From: an uncultured Lachnospiraceae bacterium
GTDB lineage: Bacteria; Bacillota; Clostridia; Lachnospirales; Lachnospiraceae
DNA length: 64,000 nucleotides
Assembly: GCA_902780385.1 (NCBI GenBank)
Contig: CACZFF010000015.1
Coordinates: forward strand, 4,802 to 68,801
Direction: 5' to 3'
This document shows positions 1 to 8,243 of the stretch, piece after piece (within the stretch, counting starts at the first letter, position 1; each line of letters opens with the position of its first letter). A model generated the notes under the pieces. That model was not told the DNA's origin and made no database searches. It saw only the letters and a program-made list of their open reading frames with translations. A program made the translations under genes and the position numbers.

Positions 1-1
1 G

Positions 2-511
2 TATGGAATCCGCCATGATTTCATGCCCACTATATATGATGGAGAGACACTGGGACGGGAGCTTGCACAGAAAATCCGGATGGAGAGAAGCGGAGAAAGC
101 GGATGGTCAGAGGAGCCCAAAAGCCCTCAAACCCGCGTCCGCGTCCTGATCCCCCGCGCCGCGATCGGCAGCAGGGAGCTTGTCGAAGAACTGGAAAAAG
201 CCGGGGACATCGACATTCTGGATATTCCCACCTATACGACCGAATATGTGAACCGGGGAATCGTCGATGTCCGGGAACAGATCGAAAAAGGAGAGATCCA
301 CTATGCTGTTTTTACCAGTGCGTCCACAGTGCGCGGTTTCAGTGCAGTGATGAAAGATGCGGATCTGTCCCGGATCAAGGCAATCTGCATAGGACGCCAG
401 ACCAGGGCGGCTGCCCGGGCACAGGGTATGGAGACACGGATGGCGGAGAAGGCGACGCTGGATGCCTTGCTTGAAGCAGTCGTGCAATGTGCCGCGGAAG
501 ACAGAACATGA
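2..511 (+). CDS. hemD: uroporphyrinogen-III synthase (HemD) domain, 5' end cut by window edge
   Basis: Frame is open from the window edge through ORF 23..511. HemD-like C-terminal half (VLIPRAA...AVFTSASTVRGF...ICIGRQT). Immediately upstream of hemB. Confidence 0.65.
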   Translation, partial: YGIRHDFMPTIYDGETLGRELAQKIRMERSGESGWSEEPKSPQTRVRVLIPRAAIGSRELVEELEKAGDIDILDIPTYTTEYVNRGIVDVREQIEKGEIHYAVFTSASTVRGFSAVMKDADLSRIKAICIGRQTRAAARAQGMETRMAEKATLDALLEAVVQCAAEDRT

Positions 512-615
512 TTATCCGCAGGCAGGAATGAATAAAACGACAGAGCATAATTCATAAGTCAGTCAAGATAAAGGACAGGACGTAAACAGGCCATTATCAG
601 AAGGAGGAAAGAAAC

Positions 616-1599
616 ATGGATTTGACAATCAGGCCCAGACGGCTTCGGGGAAGTGACACTTTGAGGCGCATGGTGCGCGAGACAAGACTAGACCCCGCTT
701 CACTGATCTATCCGATGTTTGTGATGGATGGGGAAAATACCGTTGAAGAGATCTCGGCGCTGCCGGGACAGTACAGATATACGGTCGACCGCATGGAAGA
801 GGAACTGATCCGGCTTTCAGACGCCGGTGTAGATAAAGTCATGTTTTTCGGAATTCCTGCTGTCAAAGATGAGATTGGTTCTCAGGCCTATAACGCGGAA
901 GGTATTGTTCAGCGCGCCCTGCGCAAAGCCAGGAAAGACTTCCCCAACCTCTATCTGATCACCGATGTCTGCATGTGCGAATACACCTCCCACGGCCACT
1001 GCGGTATGCTGTGCGGATGTGATGTCGACAATGACAAGACCCTGGAACTGCTGTCCATGACCGCCCTCTCCCATGTCGAGGCCGGCGCGGATATGGTGGC
1101 CCCCTCCGACATGATGGACGGCCGTGTGCGCGCTATCCGCCAGACACTCGATGCAGCCGGTCACACCACGACACCGATCATGTCCTATGCAGTAAAATAT
1201 GCCTCCTCTTTCTACGGACCTTTCCGTGAGGCTGCGGGCTCCGCCCCCTCTTTCGGTGACCGCAAGAGCTACCAGATGGATTTCCACAACCGCCATGAGG
1301 CGATCCGCGAAGCCCTTCTCGATGTGGAGGAAGGCGCGGATATCATCATGGTCAAGCCCGCCATGTCTTATCTCGACATTGTCCGCGATGTCCGTGAGAA
1401 AGTAGAGGTTCCCGTGGCAGCCTACAGCGTGAGCGGAGAGTACGCCATGATCAAGGCAGCCGCCGCAAACGGCTGGATCGATGAGGAAAAAGTGATGTGC
1501 GAGGCAGCAGTATCTGTCTTCCGCGCAGGTGCCTCCGTGCTCCTCACCTACTACGCAAAAGAACTCGCCTCCTGCATCCGCAGCGGAAAGATCGGATGA
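616..1599 (+). CDS. hemB: porphobilinogen synthase (delta-aminolevulinate dehydratase)
   Basis: 327 aa. RPRRLR N-terminus, Cys-rich zinc site DVCMCEYTSHGHCG, active-site region IMVKPA, YSVSGEYAM. GGAGG RBS before ATG 616. Confidence 0.95.
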   Translation: MDLTIRPRRLRGSDTLRRMVRETRLDPASLIYPMFVMDGENTVEEISALPGQYRYTVDRMEEELIRLSDAGVDKVMFFGIPAVKDEIGSQAYNAEGIVQRALRKARKDFPNLYLITDVCMCEYTSHGHCGMLCGCDVDNDKTLELLSMTALSHVEAGADMVAPSDMMDGRVRAIRQTLDAAGHTTTPIMSYAVKYASSFYGPFREAAGSAPSFGDRKSYQMDFHNRHEAIREALLDVEEGADIIMVKPAMSYLDIVRDVREKVEVPVAAYSVSGEYAMIKAAAANGWIDEEKVMCEAAVSVFRAGASVLLTYYAKELASCIRSGKIG

Positions 1600-1705
1600 G
1601 TCACGAGGGACGGTTCTGCTTGACTCATTTTCCATGAGTCACGAGAGACGGTTCTGCTTGACTCATTTTCCATGAGTCAGAGAGAACCGTCCCTCGTGAC
1701 TCACC
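1596..1705. repeat. REP-like composite element: 38-bp direct repeat x2 plus an inverted partial copy (core GGGACGGTTC)
   Basis: TGAGTCACGAG(G/A)GACGGTTCTGCTTGACTCATTTTCCA at 1597-1634 and 1635-1672. This is followed by TGAGTCAGAGAGAACCGTCCCTCGTGACTCA, the inverted copy. The hemB stop codon TGA lies inside the first TGAGTCA. Confidence 0.8.
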
Positions 1706-1765
1706 TGTGCCCGATTGTCCCGGGAGATTCACATAACCAATAGATCGGAGGTCATTGACCCGTTT

Positions 1766-3007
1766 ATGTCAACTTTAATTTCAGCCGATAATTCCTGGAT
1801 GCTGTTTGCAATTCTGGTTGTGATTGCTGCGGTTTCCATTCGACTCGAACAGCGCTTTTTGTGGGCGGCCAAGGTGTCTGCCTGCGTGCTCTGTCTCGTC
1901 TTTGCTATGATTCTGGCAAACCTTCGCATTATCCCGACAGACGCACCCGCCTATGACTTTATATGGTCTTATCTGGTGCCCCTCGCGATCCCTTTTCTTC
2001 TGTTTCAGGCGGATTTTCGAAAAATCTGGCGGGAGAGCGGCAGGATGTTCGGCATTTATATGCTTGCCAGCTTCGGCACAGCCGCGGGCGGCGTCTTCGC
2101 CTATCTGCTATTAAAAAACAGGATCGGCGTGGCGGATGCAAAGTCTGCCCTGGCCATGTTTGTCGGCACCTATGTCGGCGGATCTGTCAATCTGGTAGCC
2201 ATGGCGGATGCCACAGGAGCCGGGAAAAACCTGGTTTCTGCCTCCATTGTCGCGGACAATCTCCTCATGGTGCTCTACTTTTTTGTTCTGGCAGCACTGC
2301 CCGCCTCCGGATGGATCCTCAAGAATTACAGGCATCCCATTATCGACCGCCGGGCTCGGATCGAGTCATCCGAAGAAGAGATGGCGGAGGTGAAAAAACA
2401 CCATCAGACTCATAAGAGCAGGGCGGCAGAGTATTGGAAGGCACGCCCGGTTTCCCTGGCAGACCTGGCAGCCGGATTCGCGGCTGCCTGTATGATCGTC
2501 GCGGTCTCCAAATTGCTCGCCTGCTTTTTTGAGGGAGCCATTGCGGGCGACAGCTTTGCAATCTCTCTTCTGCGGGGGCTTCTGGGCAATCAGTACCTGC
2601 TGATCACGACCATCACCACCGCGCTGGCAACTTTCTTCCCGGGGTTTTTCGGCAATATTTCCGGTGCTCAGGAGATAGGAACCTTTCTGATCCACATTTT
2701 CTTTGCGGTCATCGGAGCGCCGGCCTCGATCGCCCTGATCATCAGGGACGCACCGCTCCTTCTTCTGTTCGCGGCGATCATCGTCCTCATGAACCTTGTT
2801 TTTTCACTTGCCTTCGGGAAACTGTTCAGGTATTCCATTGAGGAGATCACGGTGGCCTCCAATGCCAACATCGGGGGTCCGACCACAGCGGCGGCCTTTG
2901 CCATCGCCAAGGGCTGGCACACCCTGATTTTCCCTGCGATTCTGGTCGGCACACTGGGATATGTGATCGGAAACTATTACGGGATCTTCCTTTTTACCTC
3001 ACTTTGA
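1766..3007 (+). CDS. DUF819-type polytopic membrane protein
   Basis: Highly hydrophobic, about 10-12 predicted TM segments, with a central hydrophilic loop (RRARIESSEEEMAEVKKHHQ). Start chosen at ATG 1766 after GGAGG; the ORF track starts at TTG 1715. Confidence 0.75.
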   Translation: MSTLISADNSWMLFAILVVIAAVSIRLEQRFLWAAKVSACVLCLVFAMILANLRIIPTDAPAYDFIWSYLVPLAIPFLLFQADFRKIWRESGRMFGIYMLASFGTAAGGVFAYLLLKNRIGVADAKSALAMFVGTYVGGSVNLVAMADATGAGKNLVSASIVADNLLMVLYFFVLAALPASGWILKNYRHPIIDRRARIESSEEEMAEVKKHHQTHKSRAAEYWKARPVSLADLAAGFAAACMIVAVSKLLACFFEGAIAGDSFAISLLRGLLGNQYLLITTITTALATFFPGFFGNISGAQEIGTFLIHIFFAVIGAPASIALIIRDAPLLLLFAAIIVLMNLVFSLAFGKLFRYSIEEITVASNANIGGPTTAAAFAIAKGWHTLIFPAILVGTLGYVIGNYYGIFLFTSL

Positions 3008-3106
3008 TCAGTTTTGATGTATGATGCTTTTATAAACAATGCTTTGACATACTGTTGCTGAAAAGAAATCATTGAGCCGCATGCCCGTTGCGGCAGGGAG
3101 CAGAGT

Positions 3107-3676
3107 TTGTTTACTTTGGTGATCGGCGGAAGCGCCAGCGGAAAAAGTGATTATGCGGAGCGGCATGTACTGTCGTTAAAAGGGGATGGCCCGCGGATTT
3201 ACATTGCCACCATGGAGCCTTTCGGAGAAGAGGCACAGGCTCGCATTGCCCGCCATCATGCCATGCGCAGAGACCGCGGCTTTGAGACAATTGAATGCTA
3301 TCGCAAAGCGGGAACTGTCCGCCTTCCGAAAGGCTGCAATGTGCTTCTCGAGGATCTGGGAAACCTTGCGGCAAACGAACTGTTCGGCGCGGATTTTTCA
3401 CTGACGGATAACGGCACAAACCCCTGCACGGATGATATTTGTGCACTCCTGTCGGAACGAATCACTGCAGATATTGACAGTCTTCGCTCACAATGCAGCC
3501 ATCTGACGATCGTGACAAACGAAGTGTTTTCCGGAGGAAAAGAGTATGAAGGAGAGACCCTTACATACTTACGTCTGCTCGCAGCGCTCAACAGAAAACT
3601 GGCGGCGCGGGCGGATCTGGTTGTGGAAGTGGTCTGCGGACTGCCGGATGTACTGAAAGGCCCGAAGACGCTGTAA
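3107..3676 (+). CDS. cobU: adenosylcobinamide kinase / adenosylcobinamide-phosphate guanylyltransferase
   Basis: P-loop GGSASGKS at the N-terminus. CobU/CobP-like IYIATMEPF...ARIARHHAMR and C-terminal VVCGLP..LKG. Non-ATG start. Confidence 0.85.
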   Translation: MFTLVIGGSASGKSDYAERHVLSLKGDGPRIYIATMEPFGEEAQARIARHHAMRRDRGFETIECYRKAGTVRLPKGCNVLLEDLGNLAANELFGADFSLTDNGTNPCTDDICALLSERITADIDSLRSQCSHLTIVTNEVFSGGKEYEGETLTYLRLLAALNRKLAARADLVVEVVCGLPDVLKGPKTL

Positions 3677-3756
3677 TGATAATCAAGGCTGATGTGACAG
3701 CCCCTGAACCTGCCGTGAAAGGATCACTGACAAAAAACCGTACAGGAGACAGGAAA

Positions 3757-4122
3757 ATGATTTTTGTGACAGGCCCGTTGTTTGCGGGAAAACAGGAATA
3801 TATCATGGAAGCTCTCGGCTGGGATGAGTCGGATTTTGAGACCTTTGCAGTCCGGGACGTTCAGGACCTGGCAGCGGATCTGAAGACGGACCAGCTTCCT
3901 GCTCTTGCAGACAGGCTGGCAGAGAAAAAAGTTGTGATCGCGACGGAAATCGGCGGGGGTGTCGTTCCCGTTGACCCGGCAGACAGAAGAAACCGGGAAT
4001 CGGCGGGACGCCTGGCCTGCCTTCTGGCAGAGCGCGCGGACACTGTCATACGGGTGTGCTGCGGTCTTCCCCGATTCCTGAAAGGAAGGGAAGTGTTTCA
4101 GGGTTTTGACGAAGATCCCTGA
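3757..4122 (+). CDS. short CobU-like paralog with degenerate P-loop
   Basis: MIFVTGPLFAGKQ replaces GxxxxGKS. C-terminal EIGGGVVPVDP..RNRESAGRL...VCCGLPRFLKG parallels the cobU C-terminus. AGGAGA RBS before ATG 3757. Confidence 0.6.
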   Translation: MIFVTGPLFAGKQEYIMEALGWDESDFETFAVRDVQDLAADLKTDQLPALADRLAEKKVVIATEIGGGVVPVDPADRRNRESAGRLACLLAERADTVIRVCCGLPRFLKGREVFQGFDEDP

Positions 4123-4127
4123 TGGCA

Positions 4128-4268
4128 GAGGAGAGGGATCCTGTTTATAGCTAAGACTCCTGACAGGAGAGGAGAAGTATCCTGCTTATAGCTAAGATTC
4201 CTGACGGGAGAGGAGATGTATCCGGTTTATACTTAGGACTCCTGACGGGAGAGGAGATGTTTAAGGTT
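4128..4268 (+). repeat. 41-bp tandem repeat, about 3.5 copies, each with an SD-like GGAGAGGAG
   Basis: GAGAGGAGA(A/T)GTATCC(T/G)G(C/T)TTATA(G/C)(C/T)TA(A/G)GA(T/C)TCCTGACGG is repeated. The last partial copy supplies the RBS of the kinase gene at 4270. Confidence 0.85.
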
Positions 4269-4269
4269 T

Positions 4270-5670
4270 ATGGCTAAAAAAGTATTTTCCTATGCCTTTC
4301 TGCTCGGGGCTATGGTCCTGCTGATTTCGGGGGCTATTTTTTTCGCTCTGCAGTACAGGCAGACCATGGATGATGCATATGAGACCCTGCGGGGAGAAGC
4401 GTCCTACGTAGAAAGCGGTGTAAAGATCGGCGGAGTCGAGTACCTGAAGAGCCTGGACAACATAAACCGCATCACCTGGATCGGAACGGACGGCAGTGTG
4501 CTGTACGACAGTGAATACCCGGATCTGACCGCCAATCAGGGAGACTTCAAGGAAGTGCGTCAGGCAATGGAGACCGGGAGCGGGAGCGGAATCCGCCGGT
4601 CTTCATCCGGCAGGACGCAGACAATGTACTACGGACTCTTGTGCGAAGATGGAACCGTTGTGCGGTTGTCGCGCCCGGTCAGCGCTGTACAGCATGCTTT
4701 TGCAGTTGTCAGCCTGATGATCTCCGTTACAGTCCTGGTACTGATCCTGATTTCAGCCCTGATCGCCTTCCGCATTGCCAAAACCATCGCGGAGCCCATC
4801 AACGAGATGGATCTGGATGATATTCCGCATTCCAACCCCTATCCAGAGCTGCAGCCCCTGGTGGAACGTTTGGAGGAACAGAAAGAGGAGATTGCCAGCC
4901 AGGCTGTGGAAAGAGAACAGCTGCGCAGGGAGACAATGGAACAGCAGGCACAGGAACAGGAGCGGATGCGCCGCGAATTTTCCGCCAATGTCTCCCACGA
5001 GTTAAAGACACCTCTGACGTCGATCAACGGATTTGCAGAACTTATGCGCAGCGGACTCTGTGATGAGGAAAAAATGATTGAGTTCGCGGGTGACATTTAT
5101 CGGGAGAGTCAGCGCCTCATAGCGCTTGTAAATGACATCATCCGGATATCCGAACTCGATGAGGGAGCGATCCATACTACCACAGAGAAAGTGGATATCG
5201 TGAAAGCCGCGGAAGACACGATCGACATTCTGCAGCCGGCTGCAGAAAAGCGCGGGATCTCTATTACCCTGCAGGCGCCTTCCGGGGAGGACGGCTCCCG
5301 CCTCCCTGTCCGTGTCATCGGCTCGGACTATCTGATCAGAGAAATGTTTTACAACCTGTGTGATAACGCCGTAAAATATAACCATGACGGCGGGGATGTC
5401 TTTGTGACGATTCGGGAAGATGAAGGGAATGCGGTTATTTCTTTTGCTGATACCGGCATTGGAATTCCCAAGGCAGAACAGGACCGTGTATTTGAGAGAT
5501 TTTACCGCGTCGACAAGAGCCACTCCCGCACTCTGGGAGGTACCGGACTCGGCCTTTCCATTGTTAAACATGCCGCGCAGGTCCAGAATGCCTGTGTCGA
5601 AATGGAAAGCGAGCCGGACAGAGGGACTACAATTACGGTACGTTTCCCCTTCGACAATGAAAAATTATAA
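4270..5670 (+). CDS. sensor histidine kinase (PhoR/VicK-like), no response regulator adjacent
   Basis: Two TM segments flank an extracytoplasmic domain. H-box SHELKTPLTSI, N-box YNLCDNAVKYN, G-boxes DTGIGI and GGTGLGLSIV. Confidence 0.9.
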   Translation: MAKKVFSYAFLLGAMVLLISGAIFFALQYRQTMDDAYETLRGEASYVESGVKIGGVEYLKSLDNINRITWIGTDGSVLYDSEYPDLTANQGDFKEVRQAMETGSGSGIRRSSSGRTQTMYYGLLCEDGTVVRLSRPVSAVQHAFAVVSLMISVTVLVLILISALIAFRIAKTIAEPINEMDLDDIPHSNPYPELQPLVERLEEQKEEIASQAVEREQLRRETMEQQAQEQERMRREFSANVSHELKTPLTSINGFAELMRSGLCDEEKMIEFAGDIYRESQRLIALVNDIIRISELDEGAIHTTTEKVDIVKAAEDTIDILQPAAEKRGISITLQAPSGEDGSRLPVRVIGSDYLIREMFYNLCDNAVKYNHDGGDVFVTIREDEGNAVISFADTGIGIPKAEQDRVFERFYRVDKSHSRTLGGTGLGLSIVKHAAQVQNACVEMESEPDRGTTITVRFPFDNEKL

Positions 5671-5679
5671 AAACAAGTG

Positions 5680-5707
5680 TTGACAAGAAAGAGTAGTTGT
5701 GTATAAT
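5680..5707 (+). promoter_or_regulatory. sigA-type promoter (TTGACA-16-TATAAT) with overlapping inverted repeat TTGTGTA/TACACAA
   Basis: TTGACA at 5680-5685 and TATAAT at 5702-5707. It lies about 215 nt upstream of trxA. Confidence 0.5.
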
Positions 5708-5922
5708 TAAATTGTACACAATCAAATAGCGGATAACGCTAATTCAAACATGTATCACGAAAAACATAAATCTTATAAAAAACCTGAAACACATTAAAAA
5801 GCCCGAAACATATCAAAATACAAAACTGCCTGTTTCAGACAGGCGGGTCAGACAAAGCAGAACAGAACACATAACACATAGCACATAGCATATAGCATGG
5901 CAAAAGAAAGGAAAGGTACATT

Positions 5923-6240
5923 ATGGTCCATACATTTACAGCTGATAATTTTGCAACTGAAGTTCTCAACAGCGACATCCCCGTATTCGTAGATTTCTAC
6001 GCTGACTGGTGCGGCCCCTGCAAGATGATGTCTCCCGTGATCGACAAACTTGCGGATGAGTTTGACGGCAAGATCAAGGTCGGCAAGATCAACGTTGACG
6101 ATGAGTCCGAGATCGCTGCACAGTTCGGCATCATGAGCATCCCCAACATGAAGTTCTTCAAGGGCGGCAAAGTGGTCGACGAAGTAGTCGGTGCAATCCC
6201 CAAGGCAGCCATGAAGGCAAAGTTCGAGGCCAATGTCTGA
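5923..6240 (+). CDS. trxA: thioredoxin
   Basis: 105 aa with the WCGPCK active site. Confidence 0.95.
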   Translation: MVHTFTADNFATEVLNSDIPVFVDFYADWCGPCKMMSPVIDKLADEFDGKIKVGKINVDDESEIAAQFGIMSIPNMKFFKGGKVVDEVVGAIPKAAMKAKFEANV

Positions 6241-6310
6241 TCCGCAAAGAAAGGGGCGATCAATCAGCGAAATCAGTAAATAAGTAAAACAGTAAAACAG
6301 GAGAACAGGC

Positions 6311-7234
6311 ATGCATGATTTGATCATTATCGGCGCAGGCCCTGCGGGTCTCTCCGCCGCTATCTATGCCGCACGCGCGGAGCTCGATTATGTTCTGATC
6401 GAGGAGAATTTCGTGAACGGCGGCCAGATTATCGATACTTATGAAATTGATAACTATCCCGGCCTTCCCGGAATCAGCGGCATGGATCTGGCTCAGAAGA
6501 TGGCAGATCATGCAGAGAAGCTGGGGGCGGAAGTTGTCAACGCCGCAGTGGAAGGCCTTGATCTGGCAGGCGATGTCAAGAAAGTCATGACTGACGAGGG
6601 CACCTTTGAGGCAAAGGCAGTCATCATTGCTTCCGGCGCTTCCCACAGTCATCTGGGTGTTCCCGGTGAGGAAGCTCTCGCCGGACGCGGTGTTTCCTAT
6701 TGCGCAACCTGTGACGGTGCTTTCTATCGCGGCAAGACCACAGTCGTGGTGGGCGGCGGCGATGTCGCTGTCGAGGATGCTATCTTCCTGGCCCGCGGCT
6801 GCGAGAAGGTCTATGTTGTTCACCGGCGCGACGAGCTTCGTGCTGTGAAGACCCTTCAGACCGCACTCTTTGCCCTTCCCAATGTCGAGATGGTCTGGGA
6901 TTCCAACCTCAAATCCATCAATGACGGCGGCAATGGAAAAGTGACATCCGTGACGGTCGTCAACAAATATGACCAGTCCGAGCGCGTCATCGACGCCGAC
7001 GGCGTTTTCATCGCAGTCGGTATCACCCCCCGCTCCGGCTTTGTCGGAACCGGCGTTGAGGCCAATGCGGGCGGCTATATTGTGGCAGGCGAGACCTGCG
7101 AGACCAGCATCCCCGGTGTTTTTGCCGCAGGCGATGTCCGTGCAAAGCAGCTCCGCCAGGTCGTGACCGCAGTGGCGGACGGCGCAAATGCTGTAACCAG
7201 TGTCCAGCGCTACCTGCTCGAAGCCGGTAAATAA
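6311..7234 (+). CDS. trxB: thioredoxin-disulfide reductase
   Basis: GAGPAG FAD motif, redox CATCDG, NADPH motif VVGGGD. Confidence 0.95.
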   Translation: MHDLIIIGAGPAGLSAAIYAARAELDYVLIEENFVNGGQIIDTYEIDNYPGLPGISGMDLAQKMADHAEKLGAEVVNAAVEGLDLAGDVKKVMTDEGTFEAKAVIIASGASHSHLGVPGEEALAGRGVSYCATCDGAFYRGKTTVVVGGGDVAVEDAIFLARGCEKVYVVHRRDELRAVKTLQTALFALPNVEMVWDSNLKSINDGGNGKVTSVTVVNKYDQSERVIDADGVFIAVGITPRSGFVGTGVEANAGGYIVAGETCETSIPGVFAAGDVRAKQLRQVVTAVADGANAVTSVQRYLLEAGK

Positions 7235-7249
7235 TATTTGGTGTCTCTG

Positions 7250-7292
7250 TCACCCCTGTTTATTGCATACATCTTTGAGCAGGGGTGATTTT
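7250..7292 (+). terminator. intrinsic terminator after trxB
   Basis: TCACCCCTG ... CAGGGGTGA followed by TTTT. Confidence 0.7.
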
Positions 7293-7387
7293 GCATGCAC
7301 TTTGCAGTTGAATTGTCATCACACTTTGTTTATAATCTGCTGTGGAAAGAAGGTATGCGAAACCTTTTTCCATCATTTTTAAATAAA

Positions 7388-7476
7388 AGGGGAGCTGGCA
7401 GTAAGCCGGCTGAGAGGAGACTGTAATTGTTTCGACCCGTAACCTGATGTGGATAATGCCAACGAAGGGAAATGTT
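7388..7476 (+). promoter_or_regulatory. TPP (THI-box) riboswitch aptamer
   Basis: GGGGAGC...CTGAGAGG...ACCCGTAACCTGATGTGGATAATGCCAACGAAGGGAA matches the THI-box consensus (CUGAGA, ACCUGAU, GGAUAAUGCC). It is upstream of thiW. Confidence 0.9.
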
Positions 7477-7488
7477 TTCGCCTGAAAT

Positions 7489-7522
7489 GCGGGATACCCT
7501 GACTGGTATCCCGCTTATCATT
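7489..7522 (+). terminator. riboswitch expression-platform terminator
   Basis: GCGGGATACC-CTGACT-GGTATCCCGC followed by a T-rich TTATCATT. Confidence 0.7.
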
Positions 7523-7628
7523 GTGCAGACATATATTGTCAAAGATTTTCACTTTTGCAGATGTATGCGCTTAACGATTGATCATTGTGCAGACATACGA
7601 AACTAAAAGAAGAGGAGACGTTAAGAAA

Positions 7629-8144
7629 ATGAGTAATCAGTCTGTAAATACGAAAAAACTTGCGCTCACGGCGATTTTTGCCGCCGTGGCGGTTGTCGGA
7701 TCTATGTTTTCATTCCCGGTTTTCGGGTCGAAATGCGCGCCGGTTCAGCATCTGGTAAATGTCCTGTGCGCAGTTTTTCTGGGACCCGGCTGGGGACTGG
7801 CGGCAGCCTTTATCGCCAGCGTGATCCGCAATATCACTGGTCTGGGAACGCCTCTGGCATTTCCGGGAAGTATGTGCGGCGCTCTGCTTTCGGGACTTCT
7901 CTACAAGCAGTTTAAAGTCCTTCCCGCAGCCTGGGTCGGCGAAATATTCGGTACTGCCGTGATCGGCGGAATTCTGGCCTATCCCATTGCTTCCGCAATT
8001 ATGGGAAACGCGAACGCAGCACTTTTCACATTTGTTGTGCCCTTCCTGATCAGTACTGTGGGCGGAACCATTATCGCGGCCATTATTACACTGGCGCTGC
8101 ACAGCCGCGGTGTGATCGGCCGCCTGCGCGAGGAGATAGAGTGA
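7629..8144 (+). CDS. thiW: ECF transporter S component ThiW (thiazole precursor)
   Basis: SFPVFGSKCAPVQHLVNVLCAVFLGPGWG is ThiW-like. 5-6 TM segments. AGGAGA RBS before ATG 7629. Sits under the TPP riboswitch. Confidence 0.85.
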   Translation: MSNQSVNTKKLALTAIFAAVAVVGSMFSFPVFGSKCAPVQHLVNVLCAVFLGPGWGLAAAFIASVIRNITGLGTPLAFPGSMCGALLSGLLYKQFKVLPAAWVGEIFGTAVIGGILAYPIASAIMGNANAALFTFVVPFLISTVGGTIIAAIITLALHSRGVIGRLREEIE

Positions 8145-8243
8145 AATCAGGTTTGCCAGCCTGCGCGAGGAAATCGAATAAGAATCGCGATAAAATCGGT
8201 CGGTTAAGAATAGGGAAGCACAGGGAATGGATTGGAGAGCATC

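Noticed and set aside
5826-5846. Hairpin CTGCCTGT-TTCA-GACAGGCGG as a terminator upstream of trxA.
   Set aside because: There is no U-run on either strand, so its function is undetermined. It is mentioned only as part of a ~215-nt trxA leader.
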